NCBI GenBank assembly: GCA_951406725.2
Contig: OX597815.1
Span: forward strand, 103,416,001-103,480,000
Length of the DNA: 64,000 nucleotides
Source of the DNA: Octopus vulgaris
Taxonomy: Eukaryota
Direction: 5' to 3'
Shown here: in pieces, positions 51,500-64,000 of the stretch
Layout of the letters: every line of letters begins with the position of its first letter
How positions within the stretch are numbered: the first letter of the stretch is position 1
Made by a program: the position numbers and the translations under genes
The notes under the pieces: generated by a model
Database searches by the model: none
What the model was told of the DNA's origin: nothing
Seen by the model: only the letters and a program-made list of their open reading frames with translations

Positions 51500-53138
51500 G
51501 GCAGGTAAGGCTATATCTGGGCTACCGGGAGAACCATACTTAGACTCTCGTTTCGATAATAATACGAGTGAAGCCTTTTAATGCGGGTCATGTGCGAGAT
51601 AAATAAAATGAGACAACAAAACCCCATCTCTAACCTCTCCTTAGACAATATTACTTCCTCCATTCCTGAAGATAATCCCTACAATACACTACCTTGTAAC
51701 CACTGCCCTGGGCATTTTTTGCCTTCTACAAACCCGTTGTAAAAGTTAAACTGTAATTCACAAATGCATCGTCCTCAACACGCCACACAATTCTGCAATG
51801 TTTAAATTTTAAACAGCAGTTCGCAAAGCGTCTCAGTTCTCTTAGATATGAGAAACAGAGTAAATCCACAACCCTCGTCATTCACATTCATCATCTCAAA
51901 AATAGGAATATTCCATATAACTTGTCATGGTCCATAACAGACTTTCATACCAAGGTCAACTCTCAGCCTATAATTTATGCTTAAAAGAGGCATTCCACAT
52001 ATTAAAATACAACGATTCAATACTACTAAATAAGTATAATGAGACCCTGGGTACATGCAAAAACCGCTTTTTTCATACCTTCAAATTTTACCACAAACCT
52101 AAATGCAACCTTGTTCACCGCACAGTACATACACCGAACAACCCTTAGGTAATATCCAACAACCTTATTTGTATTATTTCTTTAACTTTTCAATTTTTAA
52201 TTTTAATTTTGTAATTGTTTAATAATACATATATAAGCATGCAGTCTTGTAATAGTGAATATACATACTTATATGTATATGTGTGCGCGCGTGTGTAGCT
52301 CTATATACACATCTTTCTTTCTCTCTATGATGCACCAGACCCCACTATTACTTTAGGTAGCACAATAAATACCCACGTCTATTTTTAGAAAATTGACCAA
52401 TATTTCTTATAATTCTTGTCTTCTTTTTTGAGGTTTACTACTCCCTTTAGTACATCCCCGTTCCATTTCTTTGCCTATCTCTCCACCTTAGTGCCTTTCA
52501 AACACATCACCCCACCTCCCATTTCTCACATATATTCCTTCCTTACATTCTTATCTCTTCCTTCTATCCCTCCCCTATTCCTTTTATCCTGATAGCTCTC
52601 GTTTGGCAACCCCCTCACAATATCTTGACCACCATCTAGCACACTTTTTCATTTTTCTTCCTCTTTCTTCTTTCCTCACCTATTCCTTTTTACTAATACC
52701 ATTCTCCCCTAACATACAATTCTGTTCTCTTCTCTTTATCTTTTTACCCCTACCAGTACACTCTCAAAATTTCATTCACACCACAACACCTCTTTGATTG
52801 AACAGCACATAGGATTTATGTCTCCACACTATCCACTCGTAATAACAAACTATGAACTCCTATCGGAATATACATACCATAAGAAGCATTACTACCCGTG
52901 TACACAGCACTTGTTTGGGTAATAGAACTACAACTGTAGCGTCCTACTTTTATTTTTATTCTCTTATTTCTCTTTATACTTATTTCTCTTTATTTCTCCT
53001 TATATCGAACGCTCTCGTGTCGTCTCTGATGAAGAGATATCCCTAAGATCCAAGAAACAGCTGTAAGACTACCTTTCTATTCATAAATGTCCTACAAGTT
53101 CCACACAGCCTTGGTATTGTTGTCTTATTTTATTTAAC
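51500..53138 (+). mobile_element. decayed Penelope-like element 3' part (GIY-YIG, pyrimidine-rich UTR, terminal hammerhead)
   Basis: FKQQFAKRLSSLRYEKQSKSTTLVIHIHHLKNRNIPYNLSW and NLCLKEAFHILKY..LLNKYNETLGTCKN; same endonuclease subtype as 41074-41355. Confidence 0.72.
53022..53069 (+). ncRNA. hammerhead ribozyme motif (core intact, stem II eroded)
   Basis: gtct-CTGATGA-(21 nt)-GAAA-CAGCTG-TA-agac. Confidence 0.7.
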
Positions 53139-53159
53139 ATGTGTGTGTGTATGTGTGTA

Positions 53160-53204
<45 letters not shown>

Positions 53205-53299
53205 CCTAAAACAGTTTGATTCAGTTTCACGCGAGTTAAAGTTTCGCAAACCTCTAACCGTCCCTTTCAAGCTTTATAATCTATTCGTATTCTTTTATT

Positions 53300-53670
53300 C
53301 CTTTATTCTTTTACCTGCTTCAGTCATTTGACTGCGTCATGCTGGAGCACCGCCTTGAAGGGTTTTGGTCGAAGAAATCGACACCAGAACTTATTTTTAA
53401 GCCTAGTATTTATTCTATCAGTCTCTTTTGTCCAACAGCTAGATTACATGGATGTGAATACACCAACACCGGTTCCAAGCAGTGGGGGGTGCAGACACAG
53501 ATAGAAAGACACACTCACATAGTTATAATTACATATACATACGAAGGGCTTCTTTCAGTTACCGTTTACCAAATCCACTCATAAGACTTTGGTTGACTCG
53601 AGGCTACAGTAGAAGACACTTGCCCAAGATACAACGCAATGTGACTGAACCCTGAACCATACGGCTGGGA
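53300..53670 (-). mobile_element. family-B SINE, near full length
   Basis: cttcagtcatttgactgc..atgctggagcaccgcctt tail; agaagacacttgcccaag core; actgaaccc B-box. Confidence 0.85.
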
Positions 53671-53671
53671 A

Positions 53672-53714
<43 letters not shown>

Positions 53715-54589
53715 CAATGTTTGTATTTGTATATATGATATACAGCTGAACAAACAATACTCTTTAGGGCAATCTATAATCCTTACTACGATAATCAAGG
53801 ACCATTGAAGAAAACAACTGGTACTAAAATTCAATGAACCTATGAATCAGAATGTGGTCTGGCTCATTTATACTATCATCCTCTCTGGCAAAATAGTTTC
53901 TCCTCTATATCTCTGCTATTCTGTTCTATCTACATTTTCAATATAGTAATGCTACACTCAATATCTTTGACGTTTCTGACTATCTAATGATCTGATTATG
54001 TAATTAACATTATATAACTAACGATGAACTTTGCGTTAATAACACACACACATATACATAATGTTCGCATGCAAGCATTTTCAACTTTCGTGTTTATTTT
54101 GCAGAAAGAATTTGAAAACAGATTGCCCGAAGCAATCGCTACCAAAATTACATAAATATTTTTGGTATCATTGAAACATTTTTCAACATATTAAACTTAC
54201 CGATAGGTTATTCTTCCATTCTAATTATTACAATTATATATCATTTTATGTTTTTATCATATAGTTTCTAAATTCAAAAACAGCTAGACGAATTTAACGA
54301 AGCTTGAAGAAAGCGGTAATCATGTGTAACAATAGTTCTCCATCTTTCTCCAGAGCCTGCTGTTAGTTTGTCCCAAAGTAAAACCAACTGAAAAGATAAA
54401 CAGGAATAAATGACAACATCCTGACCAGATGCCATCATGAATAATGCATTATTTCATATTCACGCATTTATGACATTTTTCTTCGACTATTTCTTTAATT
54501 GTTGGTGCTATTTTTATGTAAAAAATTGCGTTCCCCCGCTCCATTACCTTTCTTCCTCCCCGCCCTCTTCTTTTTTTTATTCTTAACGA

Positions 54590-54760
54590 TCAGGTGAAAT
54601 CACTGGAGAGTCGTGGAAAATCCTTTACAGTGTTTCTTCCGGCTCGCTACGTTCAGCGCTCAAATTCCGACCAAGGCGAACTTTGCTTTTCATCTCTTCG
54701 TGGCCGATAAAATATAGTAACAGCCTGTGCTGAGATGTATGTATTTAACTAACACCCACA
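54590..54760 (+). mobile_element. decayed family-A SINE
   Basis: ctcaaattccg..gaactttgcttttcatctcttcgtggccgataaaata. Confidence 0.6.
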
Positions 54761-54769
54761 CCGTTGCTC

Positions 54770-55199
54770 AACTATAGCGCTCCTAAGGTATGGGCAGTAC
54801 TGTGTTATTTCAGTTTCAATGCCCTTGTATTCTGCAGATTTCTCCACTTCCTTTCGGAAATATTTTTCTCAGAAGGAATTTCAATGTCTATTATTATGCA
54901 TGACTTTTCTCTCCCAATCTTTATTATTACGTGCCGACGGTTCTCCTTGATGTAATTGCCACTTTGGTTGAGCATATCCCAGATCATGATGGTCAAGTCG
55001 TTTTCATGAACCCTGTCGAGTATATGCTTGTACCATTTCTTATTTGATTTCACATCGAAGAGATGGCATATAGCAAAGTAGGATGTAACAGCCAAAATCA
55101 TCATCCTGCCTCTGTATATATTCAGATTTGATAGAGACAAGCCAATCGGTAAAGCATTTCACTGGCTCATTGTACTGGGTGAGCACTCTGATTCTTCAT
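54770..55199 (-). mobile_element. R4/Dong RLE-domain fragment abutting (TAA)n/(TAC)n
   Basis: WYKHILDRVHEND..IWDM..ENRRHVII..EKSCIIIDIEIPSEKNI (ORF 54805..55140). Confidence 0.72.
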
Positions 55200-55200
55200 T

Positions 55201-55229
55201 ACTATTATTATTATTATTATTATTATTAT

Positions 55230-55306
<77 letters not shown>

Positions 55307-55325
55307 ATGAGGAGGAGGTGGAGGA
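55201..55325. repeat. (ATT)n-(AGT)n microsatellite
   Basis: Direct reading. Confidence 0.96.
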
Positions 55326-56757
55326 GAGTAATTTATAAAGGTTGACTTTACTCTCCACGAAGGTAAACACGCAATAATTTTAGGTAACTGCCAGATTTTT
55401 AAACGTTTTTATTATTCGGTGCAACATAAAATCAATCATTACTTTTTATCATCCACCCAGAAATGCGTACTCCTAGAAAGACAACTAGAAGTTTTTATTT
55501 CAGTCTGTCCGCCGTCACAAGCTTAAGGTTTTTTTTTAAAGATGGTAACGAAGAATAAAAAAAAACCTCACGTTTATTGAAAACGATGATGATCAAATCT
55601 GGCATAATTGGATTCCAATCGAAACCTCAACTACAGAGAGTAGACTTGATAAAATTTTGGAAATGTAGAAGAACATAAGTGGCAATAAATCTAGGATTTT
55701 TGATCAGAACAAAGAATGCCTGCATTTTATGATCTAAAATACAAAAAAAAAAAAAGTTCAAAAAATTTCCTCCATTGCTCCCAATTTGCAGCGAGTATGC
55801 ATGCTACACAGCCAAAATTTCGGAATGGGTAGATGGCTTACTACTCCCTGTAGTATATTAGAGATACTTTTTATTTTGTGTCCGAAATTAACAATTTTTC
55901 TCAGCACCAAAGTAGTATTGGAAAATGTGATGACCTTGGATGTTTCTTCACTATACACACGATAAACGGGTGGAAGCATGCATGAATACATGAAAAACAG
56001 TGAAACAAAATTATTCCATCTGATTTTCTTTTAAACATCCTTGATATATATCAATAGCTTGTCCTTTCTCATACAGCTGAATACCGAGACTTCCTGCAAG
56101 CACTTATTCAGCTGTATTGTTATCTTATCGTGGAGACCTCTTAGATTCCTCATTCAATAACCCTGGACACCATCCTGTCTGGGGCTCTTCCAGTTTGGAA
56201 CTTTACTTACGTGCGTATGTGTTTTTTTATTTTTTTTCTGTATTTATGTTTTTATTGTCTTGTTCTTTTATATTTCTTTACCTATCTTGGATTTCATCTA
56301 GACACTCCGCTTTATCATTATGTTTTACAGGTGATACTAGATTACCCCACCCACCCAAATGTTTTATTTTCATCTATATCAGGTGCCATTGTTAGATGTA
56401 ATTAGCCATGTGGTTCTTTAAACAGTTCTTTTCTGATTGGCTTCAAACAATCTCTTCTGCCTGAATTGTTTTATTCTATTGTCACATATGTTCAGTTTTG
56501 CGATGCTATTACTGCTTATGACTGCTCTTACTACTGCCATGCTTACTACCGCTCCTTATTACCATTCTTCCAATATTACATCATGTCCTTTATCTCTTGT
56601 TCCACATGATTTTTCCAGTCTTTTCTCCATGCATTCGTTCTGAAATTCCTCTCCTTTAATCTATCAACTTGTCCCTAATACTTTTTTAACTTCGCTTCTT
56701 ACAAATTCGTCTCCGGATCTTTATGTACTGTGCGTTTCAGCTATATTTCCCATCGGA

Positions 56758-56777
56758 AACACACACATACACATACA

Positions 56778-56809
<32 letters not shown>

Positions 56810-56950
56810 TACTCACGCATGCACGCACACACACAAACATACACACATGCACACACCTACAAACACACTCACACGCACATACACGGACGCACACACAGGC
56901 ACACACAAACGCACACACACACACAAACATACGCACAAACACACGCACAA
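56758..56950. repeat. degenerate (CA)n microsatellite
   Basis: Direct reading. Confidence 0.93.
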
Positions 56951-59900
56951 GCAAATCTACTGTACATTTAGAAAGCTCAGGTCAAAATTGCACTAATTCT
57001 ACAAACGAACACCCGGAAATCCTTTACTCATAAAGATATTGTAAGTCATAGTCTCCCGCAAATGTACCAAAACAGAGTTAAGGCTCATAAAAAATAGAAG
57101 TGAGGATGTCAGATTTATACATCAATAATCTACAACTAAACCCATCAGAAACTTTATAAACAAGCCGTCCTTAGAATATCTGCTAATTCCAAATATTTAC
57201 ATATAAATTCTGAAATTCTAGGATATCTTTTAAGGGTCATAATATGTTTCATTTCCGTATATAAGTGATAGGCACTGTTCTTATTAGTGTTCTTGCCGAA
57301 TTTTAGTATGATGCTGATGCTGCATACACCATCCAAACTATTTACAGAAAAATATATCAGAATGATTTGTAAACTCTCATTCACTAAAATAATTTAACTA
57401 CTCTGTGACCGAGTAACTGTACACGATCTCTGTTTCTTTTGTCTACTATCATCAAAAAGGAAACTGTTACATTATTTATATGTATCCATTTATTTTGGTA
57501 CTCCTAATGGGTTTTAGCCCTTAATTTTTCACATTAAACACTTCAACCTAACATTACTGCTGAGAACCACCTCTGCACCCTCTATTTTTCTAGGTATCAA
57601 TCTGTTAAACATGAAAATGAACATCATATGATTGAATTCATCAGCCTGAATATGTTCTTGAGTACATTCTATGGCAATTTCTAACTTCCCCTGGCTAATA
57701 TGTAAAATCAAAACATTTTCGTATGTAATCTATTCAGAGAGCACTATCCAGAGAATTACGTGAGTCAATACTATAAAAGTTTCCTGTTAACTTTGAAGAC
57801 TTCTGCATCCAAAGAAATTCATGTTTCTATTTATGCACTTCACTTCAACTGAATCAAACGAAGATTTACTACGAATCTCATAATCTGATGAAGAAAGTTT
57901 CAGAATCAAATTCAACGAAACATTAAAAATAATTGTAACAGATTTCGTTTAACTCTTCAAGACCATCAAATAAAAGCGAAGAACGCATAACCCTTATCTT
58001 GCCATATGAATGATATTTATTTATTTCAAATACTTAGCGAGATAAAATCTTCTTTCCAGTATTTTGATGATCAAGTGTGTCTTTAGACAAACTATTACTT
58101 TGTAAAAGACTGAGTCAAATATTATGAGATTATAAATAATTTTATGAAGAACTTTATTTAAAAATCATTAATCTATTTTCCATAAAACACATTACACTTC
58201 TGTTCTATTTATACTGAAAAGAAAAAAAAAACAATTTCTCTGACATAAATTTTAATAAATCACAGATAATTTAAAATAAAATAAGACAGTAATTAATAGA
58301 AGTCTACGTGCATGCGCTATCAATGTCTATATAATTATACCTTAATATTTGTATAAAAAAAAAGAAATTAATTACAAATTTAGAAAGACAAATCTTAAGT
58401 AATCAATAAATTCATTAATAGTGATTTTAATATGACACTTTGTTTAAACGTCTGTTTCTCTGATCTTGTATGAGGCATTTATTTTATTGTTGCTGTGTCT
58501 GCAAAATTATAGAACTATACGTACACCCACCACACACACACACACATATACACACACATACAGCTATTTACTCAGGCTTATATCTTTGAGTGTTTGTTGA
58601 TCTATATGTATCTCTTACGCAAATACACATATCAATATAGACTCGCACGTACACACATAAGCAAAAGTATATAGATACAGCTTCTGGTACAAACCCTTTA
58701 AAACTAAGTTTACATCCACTATTACACAGCCAAAGTATGACTATAATAAACACATAAGCTAAGACATTCCAGCTAACTTGTCTTGGTAATTAAGCATATT
58801 TTATGCAATATAATAGACAACTGTTAAATGAATTGGAGGTGTAACTTTATGAAGTTTGGGTGCTACTTCCAGCAGTTGAGTGACCTTACAGAGGATCTCT
58901 CTTGGTTTTATTATAAGAATAAAGAATGACCTGATTCTTTTTTACCTAAATATTTATTTGTTGCAGCCTCTTTTCTGAAACATAAACAGAAAGATTTATT
59001 TATTTCCAAAATTATCCTAATTTAAATTTCAAATATTTCCAAAGAATACATTTAAAATTACATCAATTTCAATTCCACATTAAACTGAAATATGAAACAG
59101 AATTCATTTAATTTTATAATGGAGTTGTGTTATGAATAGTGAATGGCTATATGAATGCTAAAACAATAAGCATATAAGGAAGTCATAGCACTGGTGATAT
59201 AGTGTGCCTGAGAGAAATTGACGAATGCTGCTGTTAACAACAAAGCTTCTCAACAACGCCGTTTCGAGTTCTATCTCATTGTTCAGCTTCTACAGCTGCG
59301 TATATTTGGAAGCCATATGAGTTACATTTAGTTGGCGGAACCAATATGGAAGCCCGTTGAATGAACCAATTCTCTTATGTTATCATATATTTAACATGTC
59401 GCCTATTTTAACACCACTAGCGATGCTGTGGCTATCTTTAGCAGATCACAAGCATTTCGGATAGGCCTCAATCTTCGAATATCCTAGTATCGTCTTTCTA
59501 CTATTTGGTGGCCGTAAAAATTTCATGTGACAACGGTACAATTCTGCTTGTCATAAAAAAAAAAACATGAAATCATTGGCCTTCCAAACGTTTGCATGTT
59601 TACATAAGGATAGGAAATACTCATAAAAGTAAACATTTCAAGTACAGTATATATGATAGGCTTTGGGTAAGCACACAGTAGTCAGTTCAACCTCATTAAA
59701 ATGAAGTTAACCCAAGCTTTATAAGCCTTTTTGTTATTTAGTCGGAAAAGTATGAATGCCGCTATTTACATCTTCCCATTAGTTTGAAAAGAAATGATTT
59801 TGAAACGTGGCGTCCATAGCATCTAGAGTGGGGAGCAAGGAAAAATAGACGGTAAGTCTATCAACAAGGCAATGATGATTTTTGAATTGAATAGTTTTAA

Positions 59901-60329
59901 GGCATAGAAGACAATATAGTTACAACATCGGTTTATATCTCACCTTTGGACCACATGAGTAGCATGGAGGAGGAAAACAAACCACAGTAGCAACTGTTTG
60001 ATTCCCATTAAAATGAAACCTTGTCCAGCTTTGCAATATTGGAACTTTCAAGTTGCAGATACATACTCAATTATACTCGACGAATTTTACATCCACTATT
60101 ACACGAATGCCTTTTAACTTTGTATGTATGTATATACGTGTATTTATGTACATGGGTATGTGTGCATACATGTATATATATATATATATATTTGTGTGTG
60201 TGTTTGTGTGTGCGTGCGTGTGTATGTATTTATTTTATTCATATATGCATGTGTACATGATTGCAAAGTTACAAATTTATTCGTACACAAGTAAATAATA
60301 TGCTTTATGCAAACTCTTTTCTCCTCTAG

Positions 60330-61900
60330 TCTTTATGAAATAACATCGTGCATTCATACGTAGTATACCACATGCTTAGATGTGTCTTTATGAATATTTG
60401 ACTCAGAACAATATAAAGATACAGAATGAAAGTCCTAAAAATTTTAAGAAATGCAACGATTTGCAATCTGCAGTTACTTTTGTGATACTTTGTCCATTTG
60501 ACATACAAAAAAATTAGTTCTAGAGACTTGGCCTCTTTAGATCATTCAACAGTAAATTCTAGGAATCATACTTAGGACTTTAATCGAGTACTGCAAGTAC
60601 GAATGAAACGACCCAGTTTATACCGACACCGACATTATTCATCTCATCTAAATGAAATATTTGATTAACTAAACATACTCATTTCGTAAAATCTTTGACG
60701 TTTATCTCACAGACATGTTTTCTCTCCAAACATTCTAAGAAAAATAACTCTATCGTAAGCATGTGCCCAACCTTGCTTACTGGAAGCACTATTTTGATGT
60801 GGTCTCTTTCTATGTCTATGTTGTTTTACAAACTTCATCTTTCGGTTGATCAAACTGAACAAGTGCGTTGCTCCTGTGATCGTATCAGGTGCAAGGGAAC
60901 AAACATACTTTGCTCTAACCTCACATCTTGAGTTTAACTAATTTGTAACTATGGCAATGTATACATATTTACTCCTACATAGTAATCTGATTGAAAAGTT
61001 AAACATCACAAATATAGTCAATTTTATTTATATCATGAATCGAGCAGTCATAACTTCTTCCTTTACGAAAGAAAGCAAAGGTAGACAAATTGCTCCACAC
61101 CCAATTCTATTTCCTTCTATCACGATATTCATAATCATAAAATAAATGCGTCATTTATTTATTTGGTTCATAGGATGGGTTTTTTCCCTTCTTTTTTTTC
61201 TATTTCAAGCAAAAGTTGCAAATAGATGCTTCGAGGATTTTAGTACTTTTATATATAATTCATCATAGCTAACATCTGAAGTGAGTACTTTCAGCTTTTG
61301 ACATTTTGAAGTGCAGCTTTTCTCCGAGAACAGCTGTTTGCCACTAACATACAGGAAAAGAAACATTGTCATTCGTTATAAGCTTTCAAAATTTGCGACA
61401 AGACACTAGTAGATTTCAGTATTTAAATTAGTGTTCCGCATTGAAATTTAATAAGCTAATTGATATGCAACTAAAAAGATTTCTGATGTGTGGAAAGTAT
61501 ATGTGACAAACTGATGTTTCGAGAAATAATACTTAACAACTTATATGTAGAATCATTCGAAAATATAAACTTCCACATAGTTTAATATGTTTAAGAGTGA
61601 AAACATGCCAATGTCTATGATTCCTTCAAACCCTTCAGAAATTATCAGACAGGTGTGGATGACATGCCACTTAAACTTCTATAGTTAAATGTCTGGAGGG
61701 AAAATATTGAGGAAGGACTTGGAACAAAGTGATCTTTTAATCAATTCTAGGTGCAGGTAGTTGAATTGAAATGGACTTTGAGTTAAACTAGTTCTATCAG
61801 GTTTTTATATATCCCATTTATCTGCAATTTTGGCAATCTGAGGTTGAGAAAAATTTTACGTGCTAAGAAATGTCATTCAAGGCACTCTGATTTATGGGGC
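60330..61900 (-). mobile_element. very decayed hAT (Charlie/SPIN/GTF2IRD2-like) transposase relics, possibly two pieces
   Basis: YVSGKQLFS (cf. YLCEQLFS) ~61325-61350; LIKFQC (cf. LIELQC) ~61440; VCSLAPD (cf. VSVATDG) ~60890; IVAFL (cf. LAFL) ~60450. Confidence 0.38.
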
Positions 61901-64000
61901 ACAGAACTTGGTTGTTTAAATCATTTTACTTTTATTAAAATATATTATTCACTTTATATACACAATGTTACTTTTGCATAATAAAGGCATAATTTTGTTT
62001 TTTCTAAAATATATGGTTCTTGATATATATATATTAGTACGTTATATAACTCCTATTCTTCTGCACCCGTTACTCTTATTGTTCGTGCATGACAACATTT
62101 TGCCAATTGGATGTAGATTCCATTAGAATTTCAGCCCTGCTGACAACATTTATTCTCTCAAATTAAATGAAATTATTTCATGTTATCATCACATTAAAAT
62201 CAAATTATGTGCGCTTACATATTTCTAAACATGCTGTCCTTTAAGGAATTACAATATTAATAAGGTTCCTGAAATATTTCTTTCGAATTTTATCGAATAC
62301 ATTAAAACATCCTGGCATATAAATAAGCAGCAAATTAAATGCCCTGGATGTTATTTTATTCTGAATTTGACTTTGAATCTTGTTTCCTTTAAGGTTGTAC
62401 ACAGCGGGGAAACAAATATTTCGTTCGTTGTAGTTTACATCATTACTCCTTTATTTGAAAGGTTATTATATATCGTATTAATTAAAAGATCTTTGCTGTG
62501 ATTTATTGGATATACATTGGGATCTAGAATATTTGGAAGAAGGAGCGAAATGTATTAAATATATTTTCTTCAATTAATTAAATTCTACATATGTAATATG
62601 TAGAGTAATAATCTTACTCTACTTTGTGGCAAACGAAAAAATTATTATGTATCACATCATAAATACTATAGAGTAGAATGGTATTTAAGATTATTCATAT
62701 CTAGCATATTATCCAAATCCGACCATGATATTTTCAGATCCTATGATTCACGTAAAAACATATCCATGGTAATCATTTTCTTGGTGTTATGATACATAGA
62801 TACCTCAATGTAGAATTAACAAATCCCCAGCCATTAGTTGTGTTCCAGTATACGGTAGTTTTGCAAATGTAGTTGTTTAATGCTTGTATTGAAATACTTC
62901 TGACTAAATGAAAATATCAACACTTTTGAAATAACAGATAAGTAAAATACTCCAATAAAGCTTACTTGTCATATTCCAAATACACGTGAATCCTGATTCA
63001 TTGGACGTGGATATCAAACTTGAAAACCAATCATGTGTGTTGTGCCAATCAGATCAGAAATGATAAGTAAGGATGAATACAATTTGCCTTGGTCAGACAA
63101 TTAATTCTTGAAAGAAGACATTCTCATAAATTATGCCAAGATTTGCAAGGAAAACTGCGAGTCACTTATTTCTATAGGATATTCTGTAAAGAAAGGTCAT
63201 TTCCGAAATAGATTTCAGATTTTATCAAATTGGTGAGATCGATGCAGTAGACTTGCGGCATAAACAACTGTAGGCTGGTGTCTACAGAGCAAAGAAAATG
63301 TGGGCTGGAATGAATATCAGAATCTTGAGAGTTAAGGTAGTGGAGTGGGGAGACATTTGGCAATATCAGTTGTGAAAAACTGCTTGAGATGACATGCCTG
63401 AGAGGAAAGCGTAACCAGATGTTACATTTGAGGCGCAGAGTGTTTTTGATGGAATTGAAAGTGCAAGCATCGCGTATATGAGCCACGTAAGCAGATAACC
63501 AGGGGTGTTCCTTGCCATAGTATTGAAATATATCATGAAAATACCGTATAGACTCAAAGAGCAGTAAACCTCGTAACAAACACTGCTGTATACAAGTAGT
63601 GTTAGTTTATGGTTGGGGGGATGAGAATTGTGCTGTAATAAACTTTATTATTGTTTGTTTTTAATAAATGGAGCAGTTATGCATTTATTTATTTTAACAT
63701 GTTCGTTATTTGTTATTTAGCTTTATCTATCTACTGTCTTATTAGAATATTTTGCATTATTCTACAAACAGATCCAAAGTATGAGCGTTACGACAAGTAT
63801 ATTTTCAATATATCTAATGTATATCGTATGTGTATAATTAGAAACCAATTCTTATTATTTGTGTGTGAAAGAGACCTGTAAAGCTGATCAAAAGTGTATT
63901 ACACCAAATTAGAAATTTATTTCGATAATATACGAAAGAAATACTAAACTAAAAACATTCATCATCATTGTTCGACCGTGGTCGAGACAATGGAATTTAC

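Noticed and set aside
57881-57925. CTGATGA...GAAAC
   Set aside because: Helices and cleavage triplet cannot be formed together; compatible with chance in AT-rich DNA.
63172-63579. 135-aa minus-strand ORF as a host exon
   Set aside because: No recognisable domain, non-ATG start, no splice evidence.

Overview
Eukaryotic, AT-rich, repeat-saturated DNA. The dense (TA)n/(TG)n/(TATG)n/(TAGA)n/(AAT)n microsatellites and the tRNA-type SINE families resemble coleoid cephalopod (Octopus-like) genomic DNA; this is an inference from repeat style and was not checked against a database. I recognise no host protein-coding exon, rRNA, tRNA gene or CRISPR array, so the window is probably intergenic or inside a giant intron, and most ORFs in the track are microsatellite read-through. 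The recognisable content is mobile elements. These are Penelope-like elements (PLE; one near-intact RT running off the left edge, and three GIY-YIG 3' remnants), R4/Dong-type RLE LINE fragments beside simple repeats, CR1/L2-group LINE 3' ends, two or three SINE families, mariner and Tc1 relics, and decayed hAT relics. The most notable hidden signals are: (i) about 9 type-I hammerhead ribozyme motifs from several families, two with complete cores and helices (13468-13513 +, 42205-42294 -) and a three-copy family carrying U at core position 6; (ii) a hammerhead directly upstream of an internally deleted Dong/R4 mini-element bracketed by (AAT)n; (iii) a LINE and SINE sharing a 3' tail whose terminal hairpin differs in sequence but keeps its pairing; (iv) a mariner with an internal inversion next to a ~12-bp A4T4 satellite, all tandemly duplicated; (v) a 342-bp spacerless palindrome and further hairpins.
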